DNA of 64,000 nt, taken from positions 32,001 through 96,000 of the forward strand of contig JBDRWW010000005.1 in the NCBI GenBank assembly GCA_039802605.1. Reading direction: 5' to 3'. The stretch is from a candidate division WOR-3 bacterium. GTDB taxonomy: Bacteria > Hydrothermota > Hydrothermia > LBFQ01. Shown piece after piece: positions 40,202 to 51,188 of the stretch. Made by a program: the position numbers and the translations under genes. A model generated the notes under the pieces. The model ran no database searches and was not told the origin of the DNA. It saw only the letters and a list, made by a program, of their open reading frames with translations. Numbering within the stretch: the stretch's first letter is position 1; the number at the start of each line of letters is the position of its first letter.

Positions 40202-42274
40202 TCAGCCAACGGTTATGGCATCTTTGAAGTTTTGAAGGGTTTCCCTCAATATTTTGTTCTTTTCCGATAATAGGTCGGGGTCTTTGGTTAAAATATATTC
40301 CGCATCTTTTTTTGCAATTTCAACGATTTTTAAAAACCTCTCATCGGATGAGATTTCTGTGAGGTTTATACCCTTTAACGACCACTCCCCATGCTGCTTT
40401 GTACCTATTATTTCCCCCGGACCCCTTATCTTCATATCCTCCTCGGCCAAAACAAAGCCATCGGTAATACTTTCAATTGCCTTTATCCTAAGATACGCCT
40501 CATAACCCAATTTTTCCGGAACCACCATTATGAAAAACGCGGGCTCTTCGTTTCTCAAAATCCTACCCCTTAACTGGTGCAACTGCGCTATTCCAAACCT
40601 GTGGGCATCCTCAACAACCATGAACTTTGCCTTTGGAACATCAACCCCCACCTCAACTATGGTCGTTGAAACCAATATATGTATTTCACCACTCCTAAAC
40701 CTTTCCATAACCCCGTTCCTCTCATCGAGTTTCATTTTCCCGTGTATTAAACCCACATTTATTTCCGGTGGCGCTATGGATATCAGGTTTTCGTATAACT
40801 TTTGAACGGATATCAATTGCATCTTTTCACTCTCATCTATCAAGGGTGCTATTACATATGCCTGCCTTTTCGTCTCTATAATCTTTCTAAAAAGCCATTT
40901 GTATAGGTTTAACCTCTGACCTTTCCTTACAACCCGGTTATATACGACGGTTTCAAATGGCCTTTTGGTTATCCTTGAAACCTTTAAATCACCGTATACG
41001 GTTAGGGCCAATGTCCTCGGTATGGGGGTTGCGGTTGAAACTAGAAAGTGGGGATAATAATCCTTTGCCTTCTCAACTAGCCTTGCCCTTTGCGCCACAC
41101 CAAACCTGTGTTGCTCATCAACTATGGCCAAAGCCAGGTTTTTAAAAACCGTCTCATCCGTTATCAGGGCGTGGGTTCCAATGACCAATTGTGCCCTACC
41201 ACTTCTAACCTCCTCCCTTACCAACCTTTTAACCCTACCCTTTTGGGAGCTCGTAAGTAAGACCACATTTATCCCCAAAGGTTTCAAATATCCGTATGCA
41301 ACGGAAAATATTTGTTCTGCGAGTATTTCCGTAGGGGCCATTAAGGCCGCCTGATAACCGTTTTCTATTGCTATAAGGGCACTCCAAAGGAGTACAACCG
41401 TCTTACCCGAACCGACATCACCCTGCAAAAGCCTGTGCATGGCCTCGTCTTTGGACATATCCTCCTCTATCTCCCCCATAACCCTCATTTGTTCTTCGGT
41501 AAGTTTAAATGGAAGGCTTTTTACAAATTCATCCGTATATTTCCCAGTTCTATTTAAGGGTATAGCCCTCCTCTTTCCAAAAGATGCGGATATGTTTAAG
41601 GATAGATAAAACTTTAAAAACTGCTCGTAAATTACCCTCTTTTTACCCTGTAAAATCTCCTCTTCGCTGTTGGGAAAGTGCAAGTGGTATAGGGCATCCT
41701 TTAAGGATACCAAATTCCTACTTTTAACAATGTATTCCGGTAGGGTTTCCGGTATTTCAACTTCCTTCAAAGCGATTTCCACAAGCTTATGAATAGTTTT
41801 TGATTTTAATCCCTCCGTTTGGGGATATACCGGTGTTATCCCCACAAGCTCGTCTTCGGTTGCTATCTCGGGATGAAAAATCCTAAAACTTCCAAAACTC
41901 CTACCGGAATAAGCCCTACCCGCCGCAAGGATTATATCCCCTATCTCGTATTTTCCGAGGATGAATTCCATACCCCTCCATATGAGTTCAACTATTCCCG
42001 AACCGTCGGATATAACTATGACGGCTTCCGATATGTTGTTTTCCCTATGCCTTTTAAACTTCTTTATAACCCTACCCCTAACCACGACATCCTCACCGGC
42101 TTTTATATACGCTATTCTCTTTATCTCGTTCCTTATTATATACCTTCGGGGTAAGAAAAATAACAAATCTTCAACGGTTTTTATTCCAAGTTTCATTAAC
42201 TTTTTAGCCCTACTTTCTCCAACCCCTTTTAAAAACCTAACCTCTGAATTCAGCTTCACTTGTGTATATCGCAA
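40202..42274 (-). CDS. recG: ATP-dependent DNA helicase RecG
   Basis: RLLQGDVGSGKT, MAPTEILA, DEQHRFGV, TATPIPR, QLHQLRGR, RGPGE. Confidence 0.96.
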   Translation of the reverse strand: MRYTQVKLNSEVRFLKGVGESRAKKLMKLGIKTVEDLLFFLPRRYIIRNEIKRIAYIKAGEDVVVRGRVIKKFKRHRENNISEAVIVISDGSGIVELIWRGMEFILGKYEIGDIILAAGRAYSGRSFGSFRIFHPEIATEDELVGITPVYPQTEGLKSKTIHKLVEIALKEVEIPETLPEYIVKSRNLVSLKDALYHLHFPNSEEEILQGKKRVIYEQFLKFYLSLNISASFGKRRAIPLNRTGKYTDEFVKSLPFKLTEEQMRVMGEIEEDMSKDEAMHRLLQGDVGSGKTVVLLWSALIAIENGYQAALMAPTEILAEQIFSVAYGYLKPLGINVVLLTSSQKGRVKRLVREEVRSGRAQLVIGTHALITDETVFKNLALAIVDEQHRFGVAQRARLVEKAKDYYPHFLVSTATPIPRTLALTVYGDLKVSRITKRPFETVVYNRVVRKGQRLNLYKWLFRKIIETKRQAYVIAPLIDESEKMQLISVQKLYENLISIAPPEINVGLIHGKMKLDERNGVMERFRSGEIHILVSTTIVEVGVDVPKAKFMVVEDAHRFGIAQLHQLRGRILRNEEPAFFIMVVPEKLGYEAYLRIKAIESITDGFVLAEEDMKIRGPGEIIGTKQHGEWSLKGINLTEISSDERFLKIVEIAKKDAEYILTKDPDLLSEKNKILRETLQNFKDAITVG

Positions 42275-44283
42275 CTGTCTTGGGGTTCCCTACCGGCCCA
42301 AAACATCTCCAAAGTCTTCTTTGGACAACTTTCCCTTGCGAGTTTAAGGGATTCCGAACATACATTTACAAACCTGAAAGGACCGGAAAAGTCAAAGCTT
42401 TTGGGTTTCAAACCCCTATGAACCTGCGCCATAAACTTTGCCCAAATTGGTACCGCCAATTCCGAACCCGTAGCCCCATAAAATATAACCCTTAAACTGT
42501 CATATCCCACCCATACCCCAGTAACCATATATGGAGAAAAACCCACAAACCATGTATCCTTGTAATCATCCGTGGTTCCCGTTTTACCAGCAGCCGGCAT
42601 TTTCGCATTATCCCACCCGTAATACCTGCTGTTATATGCCGTTCCGCAACACACCACAAATGTTAAAGCATAAGTCGCCATTTTTGCAACATTGGGGTCT
42701 AAAACCTGCACGAGGGTGGGGTGGTTTTCCTCCAAAACATTCCCATAAGCATCTTCAATACGGGTTATGAAGTACGGGTTAAACCTCTTCCCCTTATCCA
42801 TTAAAGTCCCAAATGCCCTTGTCAAATCCCAAAGGGTTACCTCTATACCCCCCAGTGCCATAGATGGATAGGGTTTTATTTGTGTCGTTATTCCCATTTT
42901 TCTCGCAATATCGGATATGTAATATGGCCCTATGTCAAGCGTTAATTTAACCGCCGGGATATTTTTTGATAAGGCCAAGGCCCTCCTTAAATTTATCAAA
43001 CCATCGTATTTTCCATCGTAGTTTTTTGGGGACCATATCCTACCCAACTCATCGACCATTTCAACCTCTTCATCCCTTATGGTATCGCCTGGGGAGTATC
43101 CCTTTGAAAAGGCCGCGGTATATACAAAAACTTTAAAAGCCGAACCCGGTTGCCTCTTAGCCTGCCTAACCCTGTCAAATTGGGAATGTTGGAAATCCCT
43201 CCCCCCAACATATGCCAAAATTCCTCCCAAGGTATCGTAAGCTATTAAGGCCGCTTGAAGGTATTTAGGCTCCCCACCCTTGTAATCTATATACTTCGGT
43301 TTTAGGAATTTCCACTTTTTTTCGTAGTTATCCAAAGTGCTCTTTACTACATCGTTTGCTATCCTCTGCATGTCCAAATCCAAAGTTGTGTATATTTTTC
43401 CGCCACCTCTGTATAAAAAGTCCTCGCCGTATTTTTCAATTACATACTGCCTTACCAACTCCGCAAAATAAGGGGCATCCCCTCCGAATGTGGTTTTCGG
43501 GCGTGGCTGTAATTTTGGTTGTACGTTTATCAAACTGTCGTACTGCTTTTTGTTTATTACCCCGTTTTTAAGCATTGCGTGTAAAACAACCTTTCTACGG
43601 GCGTTTGCCCTTTCGGGATATTTATAAGGGGAGTATGCATTTGGGCTTTTAGGCAATCCGGCGAGTAATGCCGCCTCGTTTATATCTATGTCCTTTGCAT
43701 CCTTACCGAAAAAGAACTTTGCGGCGGATTGAACTCCATAAACCCCTTCCCCAAAGTATATTTGGTTTAGATACCTTTCAAGGATTTCATCCTTTGTAAA
43801 TGTGGATTCAAGTTTCAAGGCTAATGCCAACTCCAAGATTTTCCTGTTAATAGTCCTTTCGTGTCCGAGAAACATATTTCTTGCCAACTGTTGGGTTATG
43901 GTTGATCCCCCCTGCCTTATCCGTAAGGAAAACAAGTTTATAATCAATGCCGTAAATGTCCTTCTAAGATCAAAACCCCAATGGTTATAAAATTTCCTAT
44001 CTTCAAGGGATATAAAGGCATTTTTTAGTCCGTCGGATATTTTGTCAAGGGTTACATACTCCCTCCTCTCCTCATAAAACTGGTATATAACCTTTCCATG
44101 CCTATCGTAAAGGGTTGTGGCTTGGGGGGGTTTAAAGGCCTCCAACCTCTCAACATCCGGCAGATGTGGCGAAGCCCATATAACTATTAATCCGAGGAGG
44201 AAAAAACCCAAGCAATAAAGTATAAAAACGACCACACCTGTTAATAAGAAATTCCTGAGTTCCTTTTTAAGAAAGTTCTCCAT
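42256..44283 (-). CDS. class A penicillin-binding protein (PBP1A family)
   Basis: EDRKFY.H.G, GGSTITQQL, RK..E, SxxK (SAFK), SxN (SKN), KTGT. Confidence 0.93.
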   Translation of the reverse strand: MENFLKKELRNFLLTGVVVFILYCLGFFLLGLIVIWASPHLPDVERLEAFKPPQATTLYDRHGKVIYQFYEERREYVTLDKISDGLKNAFISLEDRKFYNHWGFDLRRTFTALIINLFSLRIRQGGSTITQQLARNMFLGHERTINRKILELALALKLESTFTKDEILERYLNQIYFGEGVYGVQSAAKFFFGKDAKDIDINEAALLAGLPKSPNAYSPYKYPERANARRKVVLHAMLKNGVINKKQYDSLINVQPKLQPRPKTTFGGDAPYFAELVRQYVIEKYGEDFLYRGGGKIYTTLDLDMQRIANDVVKSTLDNYEKKWKFLKPKYIDYKGGEPKYLQAALIAYDTLGGILAYVGGRDFQHSQFDRVRQAKRQPGSAFKVFVYTAAFSKGYSPGDTIRDEEVEMVDELGRIWSPKNYDGKYDGLINLRRALALSKNIPAVKLTLDIGPYYISDIARKMGITTQIKPYPSMALGGIEVTLWDLTRAFGTLMDKGKRFNPYFITRIEDAYGNVLEENHPTLVQVLDPNVAKMATYALTFVVCCGTAYNSRYYGWDNAKMPAAGKTGTTDDYKDTWFVGFSPYMVTGVWVGYDSLRVIFYGATGSELAVPIWAKFMAQVHRGLKPKSFDFSGPFRFVNVCSESLKLARESCPKKTLEMFWAGREPQDSCDIHK

Positions 44284-46993
44284 GATAAATCTTTCTCAAA
44301 ACATATGGCAGAATTCCGCCGTGTTTATAGTATTCCACCTCTACTGGTGTATCCAACCTTGCTATTACTTCAAATTCAATTTTGCCGCCATCGGGCTTAT
44401 GGGCTATAACCTTTAAGGTTTTGCGGGGATGTATATCCCTTATACCGATTATGTCATATCTCTCAAAACCCGTTAAACCCAGGGTTTTCATGTTTTCGCC
44501 CTCTTTAAACTGCAAGGGTAAAACTCCCATACCCACCAAGTTGCTCCTGTGGATCCTCTCGAAACTTTCGGCTATAACGGCCTTAACCCCAAGCAAGGCT
44601 GTCCCCTTTGCCGCCCAATCCCTTGAAGAACCAGTACCGTATTCCTTTCCCGCAAGTATTATTAAAGGTATATTCTCGGATTTATATCGCATAGCGGCAT
44701 CATAGACGCTCATCTTTTCACCCGTTGGAATGTATATTGTCCACCAACCCCTAACCTCTTCCTTAAACAGATAGTTCCTAAACCTCACATTTGCAAATGT
44801 ACCCCTCATCATAACTTCATGGTTTCCCCTCCTTGAACCATACGAGTTGAATTCGGAAGGTTTAACACCACTTTCTATAAGGTATTTCCCGGCAGGGCTT
44901 TCTGGGTGTATGCTACCAGCAGGTGATATATGATCCGTGGTTACACTATCACCACCAACGACCAACACATAGGCGCCCTTTATATCTTCGGGTGGTTTCA
45001 CCTCTAAGGAGAAGTTCTCAAAGTATGGAGGTTTCTTTATGTATGTTGAATTCGGATCCCATTCAAATGTTTCACCCTCTTTTACATCTAAGGATTTCCA
45101 GTACTCATCCCCTTCAAAAACATCTGCATATCTCTTACGGAACATCTCGGGATTTAAACTCTTCTCTATGTATTCCCTTATTTCCCTTTGGGATGGCCAA
45201 ATATCCCTCAAATAAACAGGTTCTCCATTCGGGTCGTATCCCAAAGGTTCGTTTTCAAAGTCAATATCAACCCTACCCGCTAAGGCAAAGGCAACCACAA
45301 GCATAGGGGATGCTAAGTAGTTAGCCTTTACAAGGGGATGGATTCTCGCCTCAAAGTTTCTATTCCCACTCAAAACGGATGCAACCACAAGGTCATATTC
45401 CTTAATAGCTTCCTCAACCTTCTTGGGCAAAGGACCGCTGTTCCCTATGCATGTAGTGCAACCATAACCTACAACATGGAACCGTAATGCTTCAAGGTAG
45501 GGCAATAATCCGGATTCCCTCAAATAATCCGTCACCACCCCTGAACCAGGTGCCAAACTCGTCTTTATATAGGGTTTAACAGTTAAACCTCTCTCAACCG
45601 CCTTTTTTGCAACAAGACCCGCGCCTATCATAACGGAAGGGTTTGATGTATTGGTGCAACTCGTTATGGCAGCTATCACAACTGAACCGTGTGTTAGGAA
45701 AAATTCCTCACCCTCATGTACTATAACCGCAACATCGCTTTTTACAGCCAAACCTCCCTCGGATTCATAAGCATCCTTTTGGTGGTTATCAAAGGGCTTT
45801 TTTCCAAACTCTTTTTCAAGGGATATGTAAAAGGATTTTTTAAGGTCCTTTAAAGGTATCCTATCCTGTGGCCTTTTTGGACCTGCAACGCTCGGTTCAA
45901 TCTTCGAAAGGTCTATTTCAACCACATCGCTATATTCCGGTTCGGGTGAATCGGGTGTCCAGAATATACCCTGTTCCTTTGCAAAAACTTCAACGAGTTT
46001 AACCAATTCTTCATCCCTACCTGTTCCCCTTAAATATTCCAATGTCCTTTCGTCTATGGGGAAGTATCCACAGGTTGAACCGTATTCGGGAGCCATATTG
46101 GCAATTGTCGCCCTATCAGGTACGCTTAAATTTTTTAAGGCTGGCCCAAAGTATTCCACGAATTTACCTACAACTCCCTTTTTCCTCAAAACCTCAGTTA
46201 TCGTCAATACTAAATCGGTTGCCGTAGAACCCTCGGGTAATTCCCCCACAAGCCTTACCCCAACCACCTCGGGTAATAGCATGTAGTAGGGTTGTCCTAA
46301 CATTACCGCCTCGGCTTCTATACCCCCGACTCCCCATCCCAAAACACCTATGCCGTTTATCATTGTGGTGTGTGAATCCGTTCCCAAAAGCGTATCAAGA
46401 ACTACAATTCCATCCTTTATATAAACAACCTTTGCAAAATATTCGAGATTTACCTGATGGATGATACCCGTACCGGTTGGGACAACGCGAAAATTCTTAA
46501 AAGACTTCTGTGCCCATTTCAAGAGTTGATACCTCTCCCTATTCCTTTCAAGTTCCTTTTTAACATTCATAACATATGCATAACCCGTCCCAAAATAATC
46601 AACCTGAACGGAATGGTCTATAACCAGATCCGATTGTATTACCGGGTTTATCCTCTTGGGGTCTCCCCCCAATTCTTTCATAGCATCACGCATAGCCGCC
46701 AAATCCACCACAACGGGAACACCTGTAAAATCTTGTAAAACGACCCTTATCGGCATATAGGGTATTTCAACTTCCTTAGGTTTTGGTTTCCAATTCGCTA
46801 TATCCTTTAAATTTTCCTCAGTCACAAGAAAACCATCAACGCTGTGTAATGCATTCTCAACCAAAACTCTAATGGAATACGGGAGTTTATCGGGATTTAT
46901 ACCAAGAGATTGGAGATATTCTGGAATTGAAAAATAAGGGAATTCACCGCTATCCGTTTTCAGAACCCTTTGAAAATATTTTAAGCCCTTCAT
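44267..46993 (-). CDS. acnA: aconitate hydratase A
   Basis: QDFTGVP, DHSVQVD, GTDSHT, AAITSCTNTSN, GCTTCIGNSG, TTDHISPAG, GSSRDWAAKG. Confidence 0.97.
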   Translation of the reverse strand: MKGLKYFQRVLKTDSGEFPYFSIPEYLQSLGINPDKLPYSIRVLVENALHSVDGFLVTEENLKDIANWKPKPKEVEIPYMPIRVVLQDFTGVPVVVDLAAMRDAMKELGGDPKRINPVIQSDLVIDHSVQVDYFGTGYAYVMNVKKELERNRERYQLLKWAQKSFKNFRVVPTGTGIIHQVNLEYFAKVVYIKDGIVVLDTLLGTDSHTTMINGIGVLGWGVGGIEAEAVMLGQPYYMLLPEVVGVRLVGELPEGSTATDLVLTITEVLRKKGVVGKFVEYFGPALKNLSVPDRATIANMAPEYGSTCGYFPIDERTLEYLRGTGRDEELVKLVEVFAKEQGIFWTPDSPEPEYSDVVEIDLSKIEPSVAGPKRPQDRIPLKDLKKSFYISLEKEFGKKPFDNHQKDAYESEGGLAVKSDVAVIVHEGEEFFLTHGSVVIAAITSCTNTSNPSVMIGAGLVAKKAVERGLTVKPYIKTSLAPGSGVVTDYLRESGLLPYLEALRFHVVGYGCTTCIGNSGPLPKKVEEAIKEYDLVVASVLSGNRNFEARIHPLVKANYLASPMLVVAFALAGRVDIDFENEPLGYDPNGEPVYLRDIWPSQREIREYIEKSLNPEMFRKRYADVFEGDEYWKSLDVKEGETFEWDPNSTYIKKPPYFENFSLEVKPPEDIKGAYVLVVGGDSVTTDHISPAGSIHPESPAGKYLIESGVKPSEFNSYGSRRGNHEVMMRGTFANVRFRNYLFKEEVRGWWTIYIPTGEKMSVYDAAMRYKSENIPLIILAGKEYGTGSSRDWAAKGTALLGVKAVIAESFERIHRSNLVGMGVLPLQFKEGENMKTLGLTGFERYDIIGIRDIHPRKTLKVIAHKPDGGKIEFEVIARLDTPVEVEYYKHGGILPYVLRKIYHGELS

Positions 46994-47031
46994 AAGTCGG
47001 GAATTTTAACGCTGAAAAGGATTAGAATACC

Positions 47032-47505
47032 TTAAAGTTTTTTAGCCGGTGTAGGTTTGCCGTTTATATGCTTTTCAACGATTTTTATGATTTTTTCAAC
47101 CTTCTCAAAACCATCGTCTATTGACTTTTTACTCTGCAACTCCCTGTAATAACCGCTTATGTGGAGGATCGTATAAACATCATCAAACAAACCCAAAAGA
47201 ATATCCCTATCCTTTCCCAAACCCTTAATTTCCTTTAAACCCTTGTAATACCCTTCAACTTTCTTTAACCTTTGGTTTAACTCCTCACTTGAAATCAATC
47301 CTTTGGAAATAAACAATGCCTTTAAAGCCTCCAAAGCAACGAGATAAGCAATACCGCAAGCTGATGAGATATGCTTTAAATCAATATAACGCCCAACAAC
47401 CCTATCAATACCCGCCTTCCTTAACTCTTCCTTTGCATTCTTCAAATACCTCTTTGCCAGCTCTAACCTTCCTTCCGGTGTTAAAGGTATTTTTGTTTTC
47501 GGCAT
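47032..47505 (-). CDS. HEPN-like (DUF5618-like) protein
   Basis: A.RYL.NA.E.L, AY...L.AL, Y..LH..GYY helical pattern; own -10 box. Family from recall. Confidence 0.55.
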   Translation of the reverse strand: MPKTKIPLTPEGRLELAKRYLKNAKEELRKAGIDRVVGRYIDLKHISSACGIAYLVALEALKALFISKGLISSEELNQRLKKVEGYYKGLKEIKGLGKDRDILLGLFDDVYTILHISGYYRELQSKKSIDDGFEKVEKIIKIVEKHINGKPTPAKKL

Positions 47506-47685
47506 AAGCCCTTATTTTAAGGTTGTTTAGCCCATACATCTATAATTTCTCCCCCAAACCCGTTTTGTCAATCCCAACCTCTAATTTGACCATTAGGGGT
47601 TTATCAGCGCGTTTAAAAATAAAAAACCCCAACCCCACCAATAAAGGCGAGATTGGGGTGGAAAACGAAAGAGAAATATGGGAAA

Positions 47686-49296
47686 TTATCTAACCACTAC
47701 GGTTTTGACACCTTTACTCGTTCTCACGATATAAACACCTCTTGGAAGTTCAAACCTCGCATATCCGTTTACCTCTCCACCCTTCACAAGCCTACCCGAG
47801 GGTGTGTATATCCCAATATTTCCACTATATCCCGTGATCTCAACATAATTTTTACCACCCAACACGGCATATGGAACTATTGTGCCCGCCTTCTCACCTA
47901 CACTTAGACCATCATCATACCCTAACACTGCCACAGGACAAGACCACACATTCGTATAACAGGAAACATCACCCTCTACTATAAGCATACTCGTGTTTGT
48001 GTGCTTTGCAACTATTAGGTCAGAACTTATAGGAGGTTCATCCGCACATCCAGAAGATGTCCACACAGGAGCACTCCAACCGTTTGACATTGACCAAGCG
48101 TGTGGATTTCCACAACCACACTCGGAAATAAGCACATCGAAAACACCATCACCGCTTATATCGGCTATAGTAGGGGCTCCGCAGTAGCTTGCCGAACCGT
48201 TTGGAGCCGCCAAGACCGAACCGTCCACCCCATTCAAAACGACGAAATCCCAAGAACCCGAGCCATCCCTAAAAACTATATCGGGATGACCGTCCATATT
48301 CAAGTCACCCACAGCAACGGCGCTTAGTGGAGACCCCGTCCATGTCCAAAAAACTACCGGAGAACCGGAAACCTCTTTAACGGCAATTATACCCGTTGTG
48401 GTCCTAACTATGAGTTCATCTTTCCCATCCCCATCAAGGTCGGATGCGGCGAGAACACTACTATAAATATCCCAACTTAACAAATTAGGAAATGTTCCGC
48501 CTGTATTCCAAGTCCATCTCGGTGTTCCGGTTAAGGCATCATAGGAATAAACATTATTGTTAGAGGCAGGGAAGTAGGCTTCAAGATTCCTGTCCCCGTT
48601 TAAATCGGCTAAAACAGGAATCCCCACAGTTGTACCTATGCTTCTTGACCACCTTTCGGTATATGTATTGGCACATCCATCAACGCTTACAGCATATCCT
48701 CCAACACCTCTATAAATTTCCGGACACCCATCGCCATTAACATCGGCTATAGTTAGACCGGAATGGTCGCTTGACTCGTTCCTTTCGTATATTTGGCCCC
48801 CGGTTATAGCATCTCTGACCTCAAAAAGGTAATACGAATCCCATGTATCATCGTCATAATAAACGGAAAAAATCCTATTTTGCCCCGATGGTGTTTTACC
48901 AACCGCCCAGTAAGCATCATAATCATCTCCATCGTATGTAATATCCCAAATTATAGAACCGTTTGAGCCCACATATAAATACATTCCCACATCCATACCT
49001 GCGAAACCGTCATCATCCGGACCGCCTCCTAAAACCTCACTTACCCCATCGTTATTATAATCAAACACGGCATTCAAAACAGCAGAGCCAGAAGCCAAAA
49101 ACCAACCCGGGCTGCTTTCGTGAGACCAAATCCTACTAACCGAAGCCGGGGATGAACACCTCCAAGGAGACCGAGCGGTCTTTTTATAATCATGCCTTCC
49201 CTGTCTCCATTCCGGATCACTGGGGGAATACGTTTGTGCAAATAACCCCCACACCCAGAGGCATATCAACACAGGTATTAAATATAGCCTTTTCAT
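47686..49296 (-). CDS. secreted FG-GAP/VCBS/PQQ-like beta-propeller protein with T9SS-like CTD
   Basis: Signal peptide ending LFAQ; repeats DYNNDG, DVNGDG, DLNGD, DLDGDG, DLNMDG, DISGDG; CTD IYTPSGRLV...LPRGVYIV...VVVR. Confidence 0.8.
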   Translation of the reverse strand: MKRLYLIPVLICLWVWGLFAQTYSPSDPEWRQGRHDYKKTARSPWRCSSPASVSRIWSHESSPGWFLASGSAVLNAVFDYNNDGVSEVLGGGPDDDGFAGMDVGMYLYVGSNGSIIWDITYDGDDYDAYWAVGKTPSGQNRIFSVYYDDDTWDSYYLFEVRDAITGGQIYERNESSDHSGLTIADVNGDGCPEIYRGVGGYAVSVDGCANTYTERWSRSIGTTVGIPVLADLNGDRNLEAYFPASNNNVYSYDALTGTPRWTWNTGGTFPNLLSWDIYSSVLAASDLDGDGKDELIVRTTTGIIAVKEVSGSPVVFWTWTGSPLSAVAVGDLNMDGHPDIVFRDGSGSWDFVVLNGVDGSVLAAPNGSASYCGAPTIADISGDGVFDVLISECGCGNPHAWSMSNGWSAPVWTSSGCADEPPISSDLIVAKHTNTSMLIVEGDVSCYTNVWSCPVAVLGYDDGLSVGEKAGTIVPYAVLGGKNYVEITGYSGNIGIYTPSGRLVKGGEVNGYARFELPRGVYIVRTSKGVKTVVVR

Positions 49297-49411
49297 CACC
49301 CTATATTGTAATGCCAAAAACTTTGCCAAGGGGTGTGGCAAAGACACTAAAAATTATTTCCTGACAATCAAATAAGGTAAGGTTTATTTCCGCTATATAA
49401 TACCCAGCCCT

Positions 49412-49927
49412 ATGACCGAAAAGGAAATCAAGAATAAAAGGCGGGAATTCCTAAAAAACATAGGAAGGTTAATCGGTTATGGAACCCTTGGGGGTTTGTT
49501 TGCGGGTTTCGGTAGGTCCCTTTGGCCGAACATCCTATATGAACCCCCAAAGAGGGTTAGGTTGATAGATCCCAAGAATCTGGCCGAGGGAATGAATTAT
49601 TTCCCCGAGCAAAGGCTTTTTGTCTTTAAGAGGGGAGGTGAGGTTTGGGCTATTTCCGCCGTATGCCAACACCTCGGATGTACGGTAAATTTTGTTCCCT
49701 TTGGTGAGAAAATAGAGAAAAAGATTCTCGGAAAGGTTATAGAGGAGGAATGGGAATTCCACTGCCCTTGCCACGGTTCAAAATACACGCAGGAAGGGGA
49801 TATATATGAAGGCCCGGCACCGAGGGGATTGCCCCATTATCCCCTTGAAATAGATCCCGCTACGGGTTATCTTGTGGTTGATATGTCAAAAGAGGTGAAA
49901 AAGGATTGGAGGCTTAAACTTTCATAA
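49412..49927 (+). CDS. Rieske [2Fe-2S] protein of a Rieske/cytochrome b complex
   Basis: Tat-like KRREFL, CQHLGC, CPCHGS, GPAPR.L. Confidence 0.93.
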   Translation: MTEKEIKNKRREFLKNIGRLIGYGTLGGLFAGFGRSLWPNILYEPPKRVRLIDPKNLAEGMNYFPEQRLFVFKRGGEVWAISAVCQHLGCTVNFVPFGEKIEKKILGKVIEEEWEFHCPCHGSKYTQEGDIYEGPAPRGLPHYPLEIDPATGYLVVDMSKEVKKDWRLKLS

Positions 49928-49939
49928 AGGAGGGAAAAT

Positions 49940-51175
49940 ATGAAGGAAAGGCTCTATCAGGTTTGGAGGGCACTTATATGGACATTTGACCCGGCGGATA
50001 GGGGGGAGGCGGGTAAGGCCGTAACAAGAAACTTTTGGCTCCACTGGTTTCCCCCAAGGATGACCAAGGAAAGCCTATCTTGGGGGTATTCCCTATGGTT
50101 GGGGACGATTTCAGCGGTTTTGTTTTTTATACTAGTAATAACCGGTATAATCCTTATGTTCCTTTATGTTCCCTCCGTTGAAAGGGCATACCAATCAATA
50201 AAGGATCTTGAATATGCCGTTTCATTTGGGTGGTTTTTGAGGAACATGCACAGGTGGTCGGCACACATGATGGTCGCCGCCGTATTCTTACATATGCTAA
50301 GGGTTTTCTACACCGGGGCGTATAAAAACGGTATGAGTCATATGGCAAAAAGGCAAATAAACTGGGTTGTGGGTATGATTTTGTTGGGTGTTACGCTGTT
50401 GCTATCTTTCAGCGGATACCTACTCCCTTGGGATCAGTTGGCCCTTTGGGCGGTTACGGTTGGAACGCAAATAGCGAGGTCCGTGCCGTTTATAGGCGAT
50501 GAAATATACTATGTTTTGGCGGGCGGTACGAGGTTGGACCAAAACGCCTTAATAAGGTTTTATACCTTGCATGTGATATTCTTGCCGGCTTTGCTCTTGG
50601 TATTGTTCTCTTATCATATGTGGAGGATTAGAAAGGACGAGGGGCTTGCCATAACGGAGCAGTTTAGCATAGCGAGGAAGAAGGGAGAAGCGGTACAGCC
50701 GGAAATGGTGTTCTCAACACCTTGGGCTGTTAGGAGGATAGTTTTGGTTTCCTTGGGCACGCTGGTTTGGGTTATGTTTCTCTCGGTATTCTTAAAATCA
50801 CCCTTGGAGGAACCCGCAAGCCTTGAATGGACACCCAACCCCGCAAAAGCACCTTGGTATTTCCTATGGTTGCAGGAGCTGGTGGCCATAACAACGATAA
50901 GGATAGGTGGATTCACATTAAACGGTGGGTTTGTTGGAGGGGTTTTGATTCCCGCAATTCTCGGTGGAGCGGCAACCATATGGGCATTTATAGACAAAAG
51001 CCCAGCGGAGGCTACGGGGGTTTGGTTTCACAAAAGTAGGCTCGTTCAAAACTTGGTATTTACCTTTTTCGTTTTAATAATAGTGGGAATGACAATTTTC
51101 GCTATGTACTTCCGTGGGCCGTATTGGGGTATTTACTGGCCTTGGGCTTGGCCGGAATTGCCGGAGATAATTTAA
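49940..51175 (+). CDS. cytochrome b subunit (unsplit) of a Rieske/cytochrome b complex
   Basis: GW.LRNMHRWSAH...LHMLR, GYLLPWDQ, RFYTLH...YH; APWY at the PEWY position; SD AAGGAGG. Confidence 0.93.
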   Translation: MKERLYQVWRALIWTFDPADRGEAGKAVTRNFWLHWFPPRMTKESLSWGYSLWLGTISAVLFFILVITGIILMFLYVPSVERAYQSIKDLEYAVSFGWFLRNMHRWSAHMMVAAVFLHMLRVFYTGAYKNGMSHMAKRQINWVVGMILLGVTLLLSFSGYLLPWDQLALWAVTVGTQIARSVPFIGDEIYYVLAGGTRLDQNALIRFYTLHVIFLPALLLVLFSYHMWRIRKDEGLAITEQFSIARKKGEAVQPEMVFSTPWAVRRIVLVSLGTLVWVMFLSVFLKSPLEEPASLEWTPNPAKAPWYFLWLQELVAITTIRIGGFTLNGGFVGGVLIPAILGGAATIWAFIDKSPAEATGVWFHKSRLVQNLVFTFFVLIIVGMTIFAMYFRGPYWGIYWPWAWPELPEII

Positions 51176-51188
51176 AAGGAGGTAAAAA

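Noticed and set aside
47615..47685. Intrinsic terminator after the FG-GAP gene
   Set aside because: The CCCCA/TGGGG pairing is imperfect with a long loop; too weak to call.
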